A program made the translations under genes and the position numbers. Below, in pieces: positions 19,517 through 29,755 of a DNA stretch of 64,000 nucleotides. This DNA is from Thermodesulfovibrionia bacterium. Its GTDB lineage: Bacteria; Nitrospirota; Thermodesulfovibrionia; UBA6902. The stretch is from positions 7,241 to 71,240 of the forward strand of contig CAMYND010000009.1 of NCBI GenBank assembly GCA_947259645.1. Direction: 5' to 3'. Each line of letters starts with the position of its first letter. Within the stretch, counting starts at the first letter, position 1. The notes below the pieces were generated by a model. The model saw only the letters and a program-made list of their open reading frames with translations. It did no database searches and was not told the DNA's origin.

Positions 19517-19930
19517 GTGAAATTTGTTAAATCATTATTGATCAGTATTGCATTGCTGTCCATTCTGATTGGATGTACGGCAAAAGAATCCGGTGTTATG
19601 ATGCAAAAGACAGGACTCACCACAATTAATGACTCAGTCCGTATTAAGCCCGGTGGTTCACATGAAGAGTGCCTAGAACTTAAGGTGGGGCAGGCTTTTG
19701 ACTATAGCTTTGATGCATCGAGCTTTGTCAACTTTAATGTCCATTACCACGGCGATGATGAAGTTCACTACCCTGTAAACGATAAAGGGGTTATGATGGG
19801 TAAAGGAATAGTAGATCCGAGAACGCATGACTTCTATGAAAAGGACAACGAGTTCTACTGTTTGATGTGGGACAACCTCAATGATGAGACTATAGAGGTA
19901 TCATTCAGCTGTGTACTTCGAGACAAGTAA
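19517..19930 (+). CDS. hypothetical lipoprotein
   Basis: GTG start. Signal peptide with lipobox LIGC. No recognisable domain. Confidence 0.45.
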   Translation: MKFVKSLLISIALLSILIGCTAKESGVMMQKTGLTTINDSVRIKPGGSHEECLELKVGQAFDYSFDASSFVNFNVHYHGDDEVHYPVNDKGVMMGKGIVDPRTHDFYEKDNEFYCLMWDNLNDETIEVSFSCVLRDK

Positions 19931-20000
19931 GGTGGACAGTCAGACTTCAACTATCAATCATTAATCAGCAAGCCCCGTAGTCCTGAATAATCTGTTCAAG

Positions 20001-20915
20001 ATGAACATTTCTCAATTTCCTCAATTTACTGAAATATCAATGTCGTTGAAAGATGAGATCAACGGTTATCTATCTGTTTCTCCCCTTGAAGCCTCGGAGT
20101 ATACCTTTACAAACATCATTTCCTTTAAAGATAAATACCATTTTCAGGTATCCTTACTTGAAGATACCCTGATAATCCTTACAGGCAGTGAGCCGGTGTC
20201 TGCCTACTGTCCTGTAGGAGAATCAGAAAGCATGAATACCATTATTGGCCGGGTATTTGATTATCTGGAGGCTCAAGGCGAAGCAGCTGTCATGGAAAGG
20301 GTCCCGGAGAGTTTTGTAAATAAATATCTTAAAAACAGCGGGGAATACACTGTCATTGAAGACAGGGATTCATTTGATTATGTCTATAATGTAAAAGAAC
20401 TGGTAGAACTCAGAGGCAGAAAGTTTCATGACAAAAAAAACAAGGTAAACAAGTTCAGAAATGAGCATGCCTATCAATATCATTCTCTCACTCCTGAATT
20501 AATACCTGAGTGCATTGAGTTCGAAGATTACTGGTGTGATCTGAAGGATTGTGAAAAATTTGACGGGTTGCTGAAAGAACGGTCAGCTATCATAACCATG
20601 CTTGGCAATTTCAAGGACCTGAATATCAAAGGAGGAGTTATAAAAATTGATAATAGGATTCAAGCCTTGACTATTGGTGAAAAATATCTTCACGATACCC
20701 TGGTAGTGCATGTTGAGAAAGCGGTCCCCCATGTCCCGGGGCTTTACCAGGTGATCAACCAGGAATTCCTCTCCCATGAAGCCGCGGACTGCCTGTTCGT
20801 GAACCGGGAGCAGGACCTCGGACTTGAAGGTCTGAGGCGGGCCAAGGTCTCTTATCAGCCTGTAACATTTATTAAGAAATACAAAGTGACTCGGCGTTCA
20901 GGGGAGAACCGATGA
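20001..20915 (+). CDS. DUF2156-like protein (lysyl-PG synthase C-terminal-domain/GNAT-like fold), tentative
   Basis: Length and overall pattern only. The stop overlaps the next gene's start (ATGA), which implies an operon with the DUF362 gene. Confidence 0.25.
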   Translation: MNISQFPQFTEISMSLKDEINGYLSVSPLEASEYTFTNIISFKDKYHFQVSLLEDTLIILTGSEPVSAYCPVGESESMNTIIGRVFDYLEAQGEAAVMERVPESFVNKYLKNSGEYTVIEDRDSFDYVYNVKELVELRGRKFHDKKNKVNKFRNEHAYQYHSLTPELIPECIEFEDYWCDLKDCEKFDGLLKERSAIITMLGNFKDLNIKGGVIKIDNRIQALTIGEKYLHDTLVVHVEKAVPHVPGLYQVINQEFLSHEAADCLFVNREQDLGLEGLRRAKVSYQPVTFIKKYKVTRRSGENR

Positions 20916-21973
20916 AATCTGAAGTTTATTTCAGCAAGCTATCACAGGGACAGAGTAGATCATCGTGCTTTGAGAAACTCCTGGAAAACCTGCACAGGCA
21001 TTTTCAGCAGATAGATAAAGGCTCTCTGGTGGGAATCAAGATGACTGTAGGAGATGAACAGAGCACAGGTTATATCAAACCTGAACTTGTCAGGCTGCTG
21101 GTAGAGAAAGTCAGGGAAATGGGAGGCAAGCCCTTTGTCTTTGACACAAATGTCATATACAGCGGGCACCGGCAGAATGCTGTTGACCACCTCAATCTTG
21201 CATATCGCAAAGGGTTTACTCCTGACACTCTTGGCTGCCCCTATATAATTGCTGATGGTATTTTTGGCACGGACTCTCTGAACCTTAAAGTGGACTTTAA
21301 TCACATTAAAGAAATTAAAATACCCTCGATGATCAAGGTGCTGGAGAACCTTATTGTGCTGACTCATATTACGGGTCATATGATGTCCGGCTTTGCAGGT
21401 TCAATTAAGAATGTGGCTATGGGAATGGCTACGCGCGCGGGGAAACAGATTCAGCATTCTTCTCTGAAACCGGTTATTGATGTTGATAAATGTACTGCCT
21501 GCCGCTCCTGTATGGAAATATGTCCTGCCGCGGCTATCTCTGAAGCCAGCGGAACAGCATATGTGAATACAAACCGCTGTGTTGGCTGCTGCGAGTGCAT
21601 ATCTGCCTGCCAGCTCAATGCGGTCAATATTAGCTGGCATGAGGACGCTGTTATATTTATCGAGCGAATGACAGAATATGCAGCAGGTATTCTCGTTCAG
21701 ATAAAAAACAGGATCTATATCAATTTCGCGACTGACATAACCAGGGAATGTGACTGCATTGCAGGCGATGATCACAGGATCGTTGAGGATGCCGGTATCC
21801 TTGCATCAGATGACATTCTTGCTGTTGACCGGGCAAGTTATGATCTGCTCAAGGGCGACAGGGACATTTTCTCGCGAGGCGGAAAAATAACTGTGCATAC
21901 TCATCAGTTTCAATATGCCCAGGATATAAAACTGGGGAAACTGGATTATCAGTTGAAGGATCTGCCTGAATAA
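20912..21973 (+). CDS. DUF362 domain protein with embedded 2x[4Fe-4S] ferredoxin domain
   Basis: Two CxxCxxCxxxCP motifs (CTACRSCMEICP and CVGCCECISAC) inside a DUF362-like scaffold. Confidence 0.5.
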   Translation: MKSEVYFSKLSQGQSRSSCFEKLLENLHRHFQQIDKGSLVGIKMTVGDEQSTGYIKPELVRLLVEKVREMGGKPFVFDTNVIYSGHRQNAVDHLNLAYRKGFTPDTLGCPYIIADGIFGTDSLNLKVDFNHIKEIKIPSMIKVLENLIVLTHITGHMMSGFAGSIKNVAMGMATRAGKQIQHSSLKPVIDVDKCTACRSCMEICPAAAISEASGTAYVNTNRCVGCCECISACQLNAVNISWHEDAVIFIERMTEYAAGILVQIKNRIYINFATDITRECDCIAGDDHRIVEDAGILASDDILAVDRASYDLLKGDRDIFSRGGKITVHTHQFQYAQDIKLGKLDYQLKDLPE

Positions 21974-21982
21974 TGTTCTGAA

Positions 21983-22708
21983 TTAATTCTTCAAAAATAC
22001 AAATTCGACCCGCCTGTTTCTTCCCCGCCCGTCAGGCGTATCATTTGATGTGAGGGGGCGGGTGTCGCCGAATCCGGCAATGTGCATCCTTTTAATATCA
22101 ATTTTTTCATATTTCTGTAAATACAGGAGTGAAGAATACGCACGAGCTGTTGAAAGCTCCCAGTTGCTTGAAAACCTGCTGTTGCTGATCGGAATATTGT
22201 CAGTATGGCCCTCGACCGCCATTTCCCTGGGGAACTTTCTCAGAATAGAAGCTATTTTAACCAGGAGCGGTTGGGCACCTGTCTTCAGCTCTGATGTGCC
22301 GGGATTGAAGAACATCTTGCCGCGGACCCTCAGGATCACTCCCCGTTTTGTCTTTTTGACCTCAACTTCCTCGTCAAGGGCATACTCTTCTACTATGGCC
22401 TCGAGTTCCTCAGATATGAGTTCATCATTTTCATCTTGTGCTCCTCTTTCAGCTGTTGGCGGTGGGCAGGACTGATTTTGAGAGAATGATATCGGTGTTG
22501 AAGAGCCTTCAAAATGGCCGATACTTCCCTTGGTGACCCCCAGTGATGAACTAATTGATCCCATAGCATCCCGGAACTTTATGATGTCCATTTCGGCAAA
22601 TGAAAGGAGCAGCACAAAGAACGTAAGGAGCAGGCTCATGAGGTCCGCAAATGTTGCCATCCATGCCGGGGACCCTCCCTGATCTTCTGCTTCTTCTTGT
22701 TTAGCCAT
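21983..22708 (-). CDS. motB: flagellar motor stator protein MotB (OmpA-like C-terminal domain)
   Basis: AWMATFADLMSLLLTFFVLLLSFAE TM/plug region. C-terminal OmpA-like peptidoglycan-binding region (TDNIPISNSRFSSNWELSTARA...NRRVEFV). Confidence 0.8.
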   Translation of the reverse strand: MAKQEEAEDQGGSPAWMATFADLMSLLLTFFVLLLSFAEMDIIKFRDAMGSISSSLGVTKGSIGHFEGSSTPISFSQNQSCPPPTAERGAQDENDELISEELEAIVEEYALDEEVEVKKTKRGVILRVRGKMFFNPGTSELKTGAQPLLVKIASILRKFPREMAVEGHTDNIPISNSRFSSNWELSTARAYSSLLYLQKYEKIDIKRMHIAGFGDTRPLTSNDTPDGRGRNRRVEFVFLKN

Positions 22709-22710
22709 GG

Positions 22711-23463
22711 CTACTTCTTCTTTCTGGCTGCAGGGGAAAGAAAGGAGACCAGTTTGTCTTCAAGGACCATCTGGCTGGTCCCGCGTGCTATCCCGTCTAT
22801 CCCGTTTATGATGATTTCCAGGAGGATCTCTTCGTCTTTTGTCCTGCTTTCCAGTTTTTCCGCTATCGGGTTAAATATCAGAAATGCAAGAACAGCCCCG
22901 TAAAATGTCGTGAGCAGGGCAATAGCCATGGCAGGGCCGATAGCTGCCGGATCACTGAGTGTCTGGAGCATCTGTACAAGACCGATCAGTGTTCCTATCA
23001 TGCCCATTGCCGGAGCAGTGGCGCCCATAAATTTAAATACCTTATGTCCTGTTTTATGTCTGGTGATGAGTGACTCTATCTCGATCCTCAGTGTATTGAT
23101 TATTTCCTGGGGATCAAAGCCGTCCACGGCCATGCCTACACCACGGGCAAGAAAATCATTATTGATTTTTTCATTTTCCAGAGCCAGGACACCTCGCTTC
23201 TTTGCCTTGTCCGCAAGAGAAGCAATCTGCTGGATAATTTTCTGCGGTGCCTCAGCTCTGTCCTGAAAGGCATTCATCGCTATTTTCACAGATCCGAGCA
23301 CCACAGGGAGTTTTTGCATGATAAGGGTTGCCATAATGGTGCCGCCTATCACAATCAAGAGTCCCGGCATATTAAGAAAGGCAGATATTGGGCTGCCAAG
23401 TAGAATTGAGATCACTATAAGGGTAAATCCGCCAATGATCCCGATTATTGTTGCAATATCCAA
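22711..23463 (-). CDS. motA: flagellar motor stator protein MotA (MotA/TolQ/ExbB family)
   Basis: Four TM segments. Conserved C-terminal MotA/ExbB region (GTLIGLVQMLQTLSDPAAIGPAMAIALLTTFYG). Lies immediately upstream of motB. Confidence 0.75.
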   Translation of the reverse strand: MDIATIIGIIGGFTLIVISILLGSPISAFLNMPGLLIVIGGTIMATLIMQKLPVVLGSVKIAMNAFQDRAEAPQKIIQQIASLADKAKKRGVLALENEKINNDFLARGVGMAVDGFDPQEIINTLRIEIESLITRHKTGHKVFKFMGATAPAMGMIGTLIGLVQMLQTLSDPAAIGPAMAIALLTTFYGAVLAFLIFNPIAEKLESRTKDEEILLEIIINGIDGIARGTSQMVLEDKLVSFLSPAARKKK

Positions 23464-23963
23464 AAGTTATAAACTCCTGTGTATGACTTTATGAGTGTTA
23501 TTGGGAAACCTGAGCCAGTTTCACTCTGTTACCTGAAACTGCATACCTGGGCATTTGTTATGAAGCCTGCTAATAAAAACACTCATATGAATTGTTGTCT
23601 CTTATTACTATCGTAATTTCAGTTGAAAACTTTAGTTATTTATCTTTCTTTTTGCAGTAGGGCCAGTTAGTACTATGTCCTTAAGAAATAAAGAAAAATT
23701 AAATCCCTATATTCTGTTCATTCGGGCAGATGCCCCGGCAGAGACAGGAGAACGTGACGGACTCATGATGCACTTTCTTCGGCAGCAGAGGGATGAAATC
23801 TGGAAACGGGCAGATTTAGTTACAGTTACCCGCAGGGCATGAAAGCCCCTGGATTAAAGAAGGCATATTTTTCTGCCGATATGATTTATATATGCTATAT
23901 TCATTGTCACATGCATGAGTGACATGTCTCACGATGGTGATGTGAGAAAACTATAAAGGGAGA

Positions 23964-24221
23964 ATGCACGATATGGGAAATGATGTTGATAAGGAACTGT
24001 CAAAGAAATACTGCCCCCGTTTTGCCCAGATTGCCGTTAAGATGAAATACGTAACACCTGAACAGGTGCAGCTGGCCCTTGCAGAACAGCTCGATGACAA
24101 CCTTGAAAACAGGTCTCACAGGCTCATCGGCCGCATTCTGTTAGACAAAGGATGGATGAAGCCTGAACATATAGAAATAGTGCTGAATGAACTGTTCAAA
24201 CAGGACAGAGATTGTCAGTAG
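23964..24221 (+). CDS. stand-alone MshEN / T2SS-E N-terminal-like domain protein (possible c-di-GMP receptor)
   Basis: Two tandem motifs resembling the 24-residue MshEN repeats: FAQIAVKMKYVTPEQVQLALAEQ and RLIGRILLDKGWMKPEHIEIVLNEL. Divergent from motAB. Confidence 0.4.
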   Translation: MHDMGNDVDKELSKKYCPRFAQIAVKMKYVTPEQVQLALAEQLDDNLENRSHRLIGRILLDKGWMKPEHIEIVLNELFKQDRDCQ

Positions 24222-24364
24222 TTTCCACGGAACACGCTCTTTTACCATCCAGTCCATAACAATTTCACAGCAGAACCATTTCATTAAAATTCATGGCAGG
24301 CCCTGGCAGCCCTCAGGCGGTACTGTTCATTCAAAAGGCAATAGATATATTTGCGGCCCTTCTC

Positions 24365-24943
24365 TTAATAATTATCTGCCAGGACTTCGAAATATGATTG
24401 CGCGTGTTTGCATGCCGGACATTCATTCGGTGCTTCCGGGCCTTCATGGACATAACCGCAGTTTCTGCAGTGCCATGTTGTCTCTGAGGGCTTCTTGAAT
24501 ACTGAATGTTCTTTAAGGTTGGCTATCAGCTTTCTGTATCTTGATTCATGAAATTTTTCGACTTTGGCGATCTCTCTGAATGACCGGGAAACATCGGAAA
24601 AGCCTTCGTCCTCAGCTATCTTGGCAAAATCAGCATAGAGGGTTGTCCACTCCAGTTTTTCACCATCAGCAGCATGTTCCAGATTTTCCTGAGTGCTGCG
24701 GGTTATCCCTGCAGGATAGGACGCTGTAATCTCAAGATCGCCCCCCTCAAGGTGCTTAAAGAAAACTTTTGCATGTTCCTTTTCATTATCCGCTGTCTCA
24801 ATAAAGAACGCTGCAATCTGTTCGTAACCTTCTTTTTTTGCAACACTGGCAAAATAGGTGTACCGGTTTCTGGCCTGAGACTCTCCCGCAAATGCTTTTA
24901 ACAGATTCTGTTCAGACTGGCTTCCTTTGATAGATTTTGACAC
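24365..24943 (-). CDS. rbr: rubrerythrin (ferritin-like diiron domain + C-terminal rubredoxin-like domain)
   Basis: QARNRYTYFA...ADNEKEHAKVF diiron ligands. C-terminal CRNCGY...CPACKH rubredoxin-type CxxC pairs. Confidence 0.85.
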   Translation of the reverse strand: MSKSIKGSQSEQNLLKAFAGESQARNRYTYFASVAKKEGYEQIAAFFIETADNEKEHAKVFFKHLEGGDLEITASYPAGITRSTQENLEHAADGEKLEWTTLYADFAKIAEDEGFSDVSRSFREIAKVEKFHESRYRKLIANLKEHSVFKKPSETTWHCRNCGYVHEGPEAPNECPACKHAQSYFEVLADNY

Positions 24944-25108
24944 GTGTAACCTCCTTGCTTAACTGGCTGTAGATGAATAATTTATAGTGAATTCAGTGTT
25001 CTATCTTAACGAGTGGCCAGGACTTTTTCAAGATTCCAGGAGAAAATGTTGTTAAAGTTAGGCGTCTGTTGTATTTTAATATTCAAAAACCAAAAAGGAG
25101 CGGCATGT

Positions 25109-25504
25109 ATGGCATCTAAAACAATAGTTTCATCAAAGAAGGCCCCGGACCCCAAAGGACCGTATTCCCAGGCAGTTCTTCACAATGGGCTGCTTTACAT
25201 TTCAGGACAGATCCCGATTGATCCTGCAACCGGATCACTGGTACGGGCAACAATAGAGGAGGAGACAGAGGTTGTACTGAACAACATAAAGTCTATAGTG
25301 GAAGAGGCCGGCGCCTCTCTGGAGGATGTTATTAAAACCACCTGTTACCTGGGGGATATCACTGACATCGCCCGGTTTAATGACGTATATGAGAAGTTTT
25401 TCCCTGAAGATCCCCCTGCGCGAACTACATTTCAGGCTGGCAAACTGCCTCTGGATGTTCAGATTGAAATCGACGCTCTCGTTGCTGTACCGCAAAATGG
25501 GTAA
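25109..25504 (+). CDS. ridA: RidA/YjgF-family reactive intermediate deaminase
   Basis: ATG at 25109 preceded by an AAAAGGAG RBS. KAPDPKGPYSQAV...LYISGQIP...TTCYL is the YjgF/RidA signature. Confidence 0.8.
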   Translation: MASKTIVSSKKAPDPKGPYSQAVLHNGLLYISGQIPIDPATGSLVRATIEEETEVVLNNIKSIVEEAGASLEDVIKTTCYLGDITDIARFNDVYEKFFPEDPPARTTFQAGKLPLDVQIEIDALVAVPQNG

Positions 25505-25536
25505 ACCTGGAAGCGATTTTCCTGAGACGAGATCCT

Positions 25537-26517
25537 ATGAATAAACCGAGAATAGCAATTACCATGGGAGAGCCCGGCGGTATCGGCCCTGAAATTATTG
25601 TTAAGGCGCTCTGTTCTCCTGACCTGAGAAAGCTCTGCGCCCCTCTGGTTGTGGGCAACGCTGAGATTATGCGCAATGCGGTTAAACTGGTTGGACTGCC
25701 GCTCTCTGTGAAGCCTGTATCAGGAGTTGAGGAGTCTGTGGATGATCCCAACGTGGTGGAGGTCCTCGATGTTAGATCGCGGATACCGAAGCTTACAGGA
25801 AAACCAGGGAAAAGCGCCGGAGTTGCGGTGGTTAAATATATTAAAAAAGCTGTTGACCTTGCCCTGGGGAAAAAAGTCTCAGCTGTTGTAACAGCCCCGA
25901 TATCAAAAGAATCTCTCAGCCTGGCCGGCTATTCATGGCCCGGACACACTGAACTTCTGGCGGAACTGACCCATAGCAGAAACTTTGCGATGATGTTTAC
26001 CAGCGAAAGGCTGAACATTATTCTCTGCACTATCCATACTGCGCTCAAAAAAGTCCCCTCAAAAATTACCAAAGGAGTGGTCTACAGAACAATCTGCCAT
26101 GCAGGGACAGCAATGGCGATGCTCGGTAATGATAACCCGAGAATTGCCGTTGCCGGGCTGAACCCCCATGGAGGAGAGTCCGGTATTATGGGAACGGAAG
26201 AAATGAACGCGATAATTCCGGCCGTGGAGCAGGCAAGGAAAGAGGGGAGAGATGTGTCAGGTCCATATCCCCCTGACGTTGTGTTTCACAGGGCACTAAA
26301 TAACGAGTTTAACATTGTTGTATGCATGTATCATGACCAGGGTCTGATCCCGTTCAAGATGATAGCCTTTGAGACCGGAGTGAATGTGACAGTAGGCCTG
26401 CCGATCATACGAACATCTCCTGATCATGGAACAGCCTTTGATATCGCATGGAAGAATATGGCAAACCCCTCCAGCATGAAGGAGGCCATTAAATGTGCCG
26501 TTCGCATGAAATTATAA
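25537..26517 (+). CDS. pdxA: 4-hydroxythreonine-4-phosphate dehydrogenase PdxA
   Basis: PRIAITMGEPGGIGPEI N-terminus. HTELLAE, GLNPHGGE and HDQGLIPFK motifs typical of PdxA. Confidence 0.85.
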   Translation: MNKPRIAITMGEPGGIGPEIIVKALCSPDLRKLCAPLVVGNAEIMRNAVKLVGLPLSVKPVSGVEESVDDPNVVEVLDVRSRIPKLTGKPGKSAGVAVVKYIKKAVDLALGKKVSAVVTAPISKESLSLAGYSWPGHTELLAELTHSRNFAMMFTSERLNIILCTIHTALKKVPSKITKGVVYRTICHAGTAMAMLGNDNPRIAVAGLNPHGGESGIMGTEEMNAIIPAVEQARKEGRDVSGPYPPDVVFHRALNNEFNIVVCMYHDQGLIPFKMIAFETGVNVTVGLPIIRTSPDHGTAFDIAWKNMANPSSMKEAIKCAVRMKL

Positions 26518-26553
26518 ACATAATCTGGGTTGACTGATAAAACAGGAGGATAA

Positions 26554-27177
26554 ATGGAGATTGTTCTTGCATCACGGAACAGAAAAAAGATTGAAGAGCT
26601 GGTGACTATCATAGAAGCAACAGGGTTAACAGGCAGTGATGAAGAAGTGAAGATTTTAACGCCTGACATGTTTGCAGAGTGCGCTGAGGTCGAGGAGGAT
26701 GGAGACACCTTTGAAGCCAATGCCATAAAGAAAGCCAGATATGTTTCGGAATGTACCGGATTAAACGCGATTGCCGATGATTCAGGAATTGAAGTAGACG
26801 CTCTCGATGGCAGGCCAGGTGTTTATTCTGCCCGGTATGCGGGCAATGATGCCAATGACAGGAATAATCTGGAAAAACTGCTTGCAGAAATGAGCAATGT
26901 CCCTCCTGGCAGGAGGAATGCGCGGTTTGTGTGCTGTATAGCGCTTTCAACAAAAAAAGGCATCAGGACATTCTCAGGATTTGTTGAAGGAACAATAGCA
27001 ATGGATCCGGCCGGTGATAACGGGTTTGGTTATGACCCAGTATTCATTCCAGAAGGGCATGAGAGGACATTTGCCCAGATGAGTGACAGGGGAAAAAACT
27101 CAATGAGTCACCGGGGAAGGGCCCTGCAGAAACTTCAGGACTGCCTGGCGGAAAATAAAGAGCTCTTAAAAGACTGA
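26554..27177 (+). CDS. rdgB: non-canonical purine NTP pyrophosphatase (RdgB/HAM1 family)
   Basis: IVLASRNRKKIEE, SGIEVDAL, GFGYDPVF and SHRGRA motifs. Confidence 0.85.
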   Translation: MEIVLASRNRKKIEELVTIIEATGLTGSDEEVKILTPDMFAECAEVEEDGDTFEANAIKKARYVSECTGLNAIADDSGIEVDALDGRPGVYSARYAGNDANDRNNLEKLLAEMSNVPPGRRNARFVCCIALSTKKGIRTFSGFVEGTIAMDPAGDNGFGYDPVFIPEGHERTFAQMSDRGKNSMSHRGRALQKLQDCLAENKELLKD

Positions 27178-27278
27178 TATGTTGTTGTCTCTGGGTATGG
27201 TAAAGACAGACTTGCCCCTCCTCGACTGTTGCTCAGCAGAAGTCAAATGCTTCTCTAATCTGTTAAGATATATAGTTT

Positions 27279-27644
27279 GTGCACGAAATAGAACAGGGAG
27301 GAACGGTTATGGAGATTGATGTAATCATTAACAGTAAGTCATTGAGTATTAATATTGACGACCCCTATAAATTTGATTTGCCGGAGGTGACGGAAAAGGT
27401 GCTGGGTTTTGGAAATCAACTTGGGCTGGACCTGAAACCTCTGGAAATGGACAAGCTTATTACTCGAATGATCAGAGGTGTTGCCGGATGCGAGGGCGGG
27501 TGCCCTTCAGACGCTCAACAGCTGGTAAGACAGGGCTTTGGACGTTTCGCGCTCTCTTATATAGAGGGGGGCATTCTTACGGCAACGCATACATTAGAAA
27601 ACGGAACACCTCTTGAAGTGAAGATATTTCCGGATTTTGACTAA
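27279..27644 (+). CDS. hypothetical protein
   Basis: ORF with a GCEGGCPSD Cys pair. No confident family. The start is probably the internal ATG at 27309. Confidence 0.3.
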   Translation: MHEIEQGGTVMEIDVIINSKSLSINIDDPYKFDLPEVTEKVLGFGNQLGLDLKPLEMDKLITRMIRGVAGCEGGCPSDAQQLVRQGFGRFALSYIEGGILTATHTLENGTPLEVKIFPDFD

Positions 27645-27740
27645 ACCTGTTCTCCTGATTGTCCGGCCACGGATTAAAATGGTGCCTTATAGCGCAGTGC
27701 TAAATTAATGTTATAATATAACCCTTTAACAGGAAGTTAT

Positions 27741-28811
27741 ATGATAATAGGTGTCCCCAGAGAAATTAAAGAGCATGAATATCGGGTCGGGATGGTTCCT
27801 GCAGGTGTCAGGCAGCTTACCGGAGCAGGTCATACTGTACTGGTGGAAAATTCCGCAGGTATGGGAAGCGGATTTTCTGACGGGCAATACCGGGAAGCAG
27901 GGGCAGAGCTACGGCCGAAAAAGGAGTTGTTCAAGGCATCGGAACTTATCGTAAAAGTCAAAGAGCCTGTTCCAGCAGAGTATGAATTATTTCAGCGGGG
28001 ACAGGCCTTGTTTACCTTTCTTCACCTCGCGTCAGCTCCGGAACTGGTCACCATGCTTCTGGAGAAAAAAATAACAGCTTTTGCCTATGAGACCCTTGAA
28101 CTCAATAACGAGCTTCCATTGCTTAAACCGATGAGTGAGGTTGCCGGGAAGATGGCGCCTGTAGTTGCCGCATATTACCTGCAGAAGACAAACGGCGGGC
28201 AGGGGCTTTTGATGACCGGTGCTGAAGGGGTCCCGCCGGCAAAGGTCCTTATCCTGGGTGCCGGAACAGTTGGTGCAAGCGCATTACAGGTCGCCTTTGG
28301 GATAGGCGCTGATGTCACGGTAATAAGCCGGGGCAGCCAGAAACTGGAACGCATAGATAAGCTCTACAACGGCAACGTCAGGGTCTTTACCCTTTCGCAG
28401 GAACGGTTAGAGCAGGAAGTGATTAATACTGATGTTTTAATCGGCGCGGTTCTTGTAACCGGCGCAAAGGCCCCGAAACTCGTTTCCCGGGAGCTGGTTT
28501 CCCGGATGATCAAAGGATCGGTCATCGTGGATGTCTCAGTTGATCAGGGAGGGTGCGTGGAGACAACAAGACCTGCAACACATAATGATCCGGTTTATTC
28601 TGTAGATGGAGTAGTACATTACACGGTGGCGAACATGCCAGGGGCATATCCCAAAACATCTACCATGGCTCTTACTTCACAAACACTCAAGTATATACAG
28701 CTACTAGCCGAAAAAGGTATTAATGGCGCTTCAAAAACAGCGCCGCTTAAAAGTGCCATGAATACGAGTAATGGTGAAATAAAACACAGGGCTGTATCAG
28801 CATCACTGTGA
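27741..28811 (+). CDS. ald: alanine dehydrogenase
   Basis: IIGVPREIKEHEYRVGMVPAGV N-terminus. NAD-binding LILGAGTVG motif. Confidence 0.85.
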   Translation: MIIGVPREIKEHEYRVGMVPAGVRQLTGAGHTVLVENSAGMGSGFSDGQYREAGAELRPKKELFKASELIVKVKEPVPAEYELFQRGQALFTFLHLASAPELVTMLLEKKITAFAYETLELNNELPLLKPMSEVAGKMAPVVAAYYLQKTNGGQGLLMTGAEGVPPAKVLILGAGTVGASALQVAFGIGADVTVISRGSQKLERIDKLYNGNVRVFTLSQERLEQEVINTDVLIGAVLVTGAKAPKLVSRELVSRMIKGSVIVDVSVDQGGCVETTRPATHNDPVYSVDGVVHYTVANMPGAYPKTSTMALTSQTLKYIQLLAEKGINGASKTAPLKSAMNTSNGEIKHRAVSASL

Positions 28812-28876
28812 AGCCGGTCTCAGTATCAAGAATATGCCCGGCTGATCAAGACGTGAAACGGCAAGGAGGATTTAGT

Positions 28877-29716
28877 TTGAAAACCAAAAATGTCATACGA
28901 ACGAATGGATCGGTTCTTTTTCTCTGTTTGTTATTAATAACCGGGTCTGTTCATGCCGGTAATTTGATTCTTGACGGCCATGGCGGCTATGGCGTTATTA
29001 ATTACAAGGAAGATACCTCTTCCGGCGTTAAAACAGAGGCGACATCAACGCTGAAAACAGTCTATTTCGGCGGGTCAGGGGAGTACTCCTTTAACAAGCC
29101 TGAAAACTATTATGCGGGTATTGCAGCTGACTGGGCAATTGGCGTGGAAGATGGTGAGACCTGGACTAAAGACGGAACACAGGTTCAGACCAATGATATA
29201 AAAATATTCGGTCAGTTTTATGATCTCAGATTCGGGTATAAAGACAGCATGGAAAAGTTCTCATACGGGATTTATCTATCAGGAGGCTGGGACGGGATGT
29301 ATTTTGACAGAGACAATTTTGTTGAAAGTGGTATTCCCAGCTCAGGGGCCATTACTGAGGAATTTAGTCTCTGGAGAGCAGGGGGCGGCATAAAGGCTGG
29401 ATATGAATTCGGCCAATGGACAGCCGAGGGTTTGATCTCATTTGCCTATTACACCGATGCGAAGGTTGAGAACAGCAAGTACCCCGGCTTTAAATTTGAC
29501 ACTGAAGGAGTGCGCCTGGACCTGGAACTTGGTGCAAAACGTTCCTTGTTTGATAATTTAAGTCTCTACCTCGGGGGGTTGTACAGATCTATACAGCTTG
29601 ACGAAAGTCCTGTTTTCCGGGTAAGAGATCTGAACGGGATATTGGATAATGTGAAGTTCCCGCACAGCAAGACGCAGATCATCGCCGCCAAAGTGGTTGT
29701 GGCCTATGCCTTTTAA
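28877..29716 (+). CDS. putative outer-membrane beta-barrel protein
   Basis: TTG start with an AAGGAGGA RBS. Signal peptide. Alternating amphipathic strands, C-terminal ...VVVAYAF. Confidence 0.4.
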   Translation: MKTKNVIRTNGSVLFLCLLLITGSVHAGNLILDGHGGYGVINYKEDTSSGVKTEATSTLKTVYFGGSGEYSFNKPENYYAGIAADWAIGVEDGETWTKDGTQVQTNDIKIFGQFYDLRFGYKDSMEKFSYGIYLSGGWDGMYFDRDNFVESGIPSSGAITEEFSLWRAGGGIKAGYEFGQWTAEGLISFAYYTDAKVENSKYPGFKFDTEGVRLDLELGAKRSLFDNLSLYLGGLYRSIQLDESPVFRVRDLNGILDNVKFPHSKTQIIAAKVVVAYAF

Positions 29717-29755
29717 TGTCTTGAAAACTGAAGGTGGGCTGTAATGGGTGGCAGT

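Noticed and set aside
25013-25108. N-terminal extension of the RidA ORF (start at 25013)
   Set aside because: The extension is hydrophobic and unconserved. An ATG at 25109 with a canonical AAAAGGAG RBS gives the typical RidA N-terminus.
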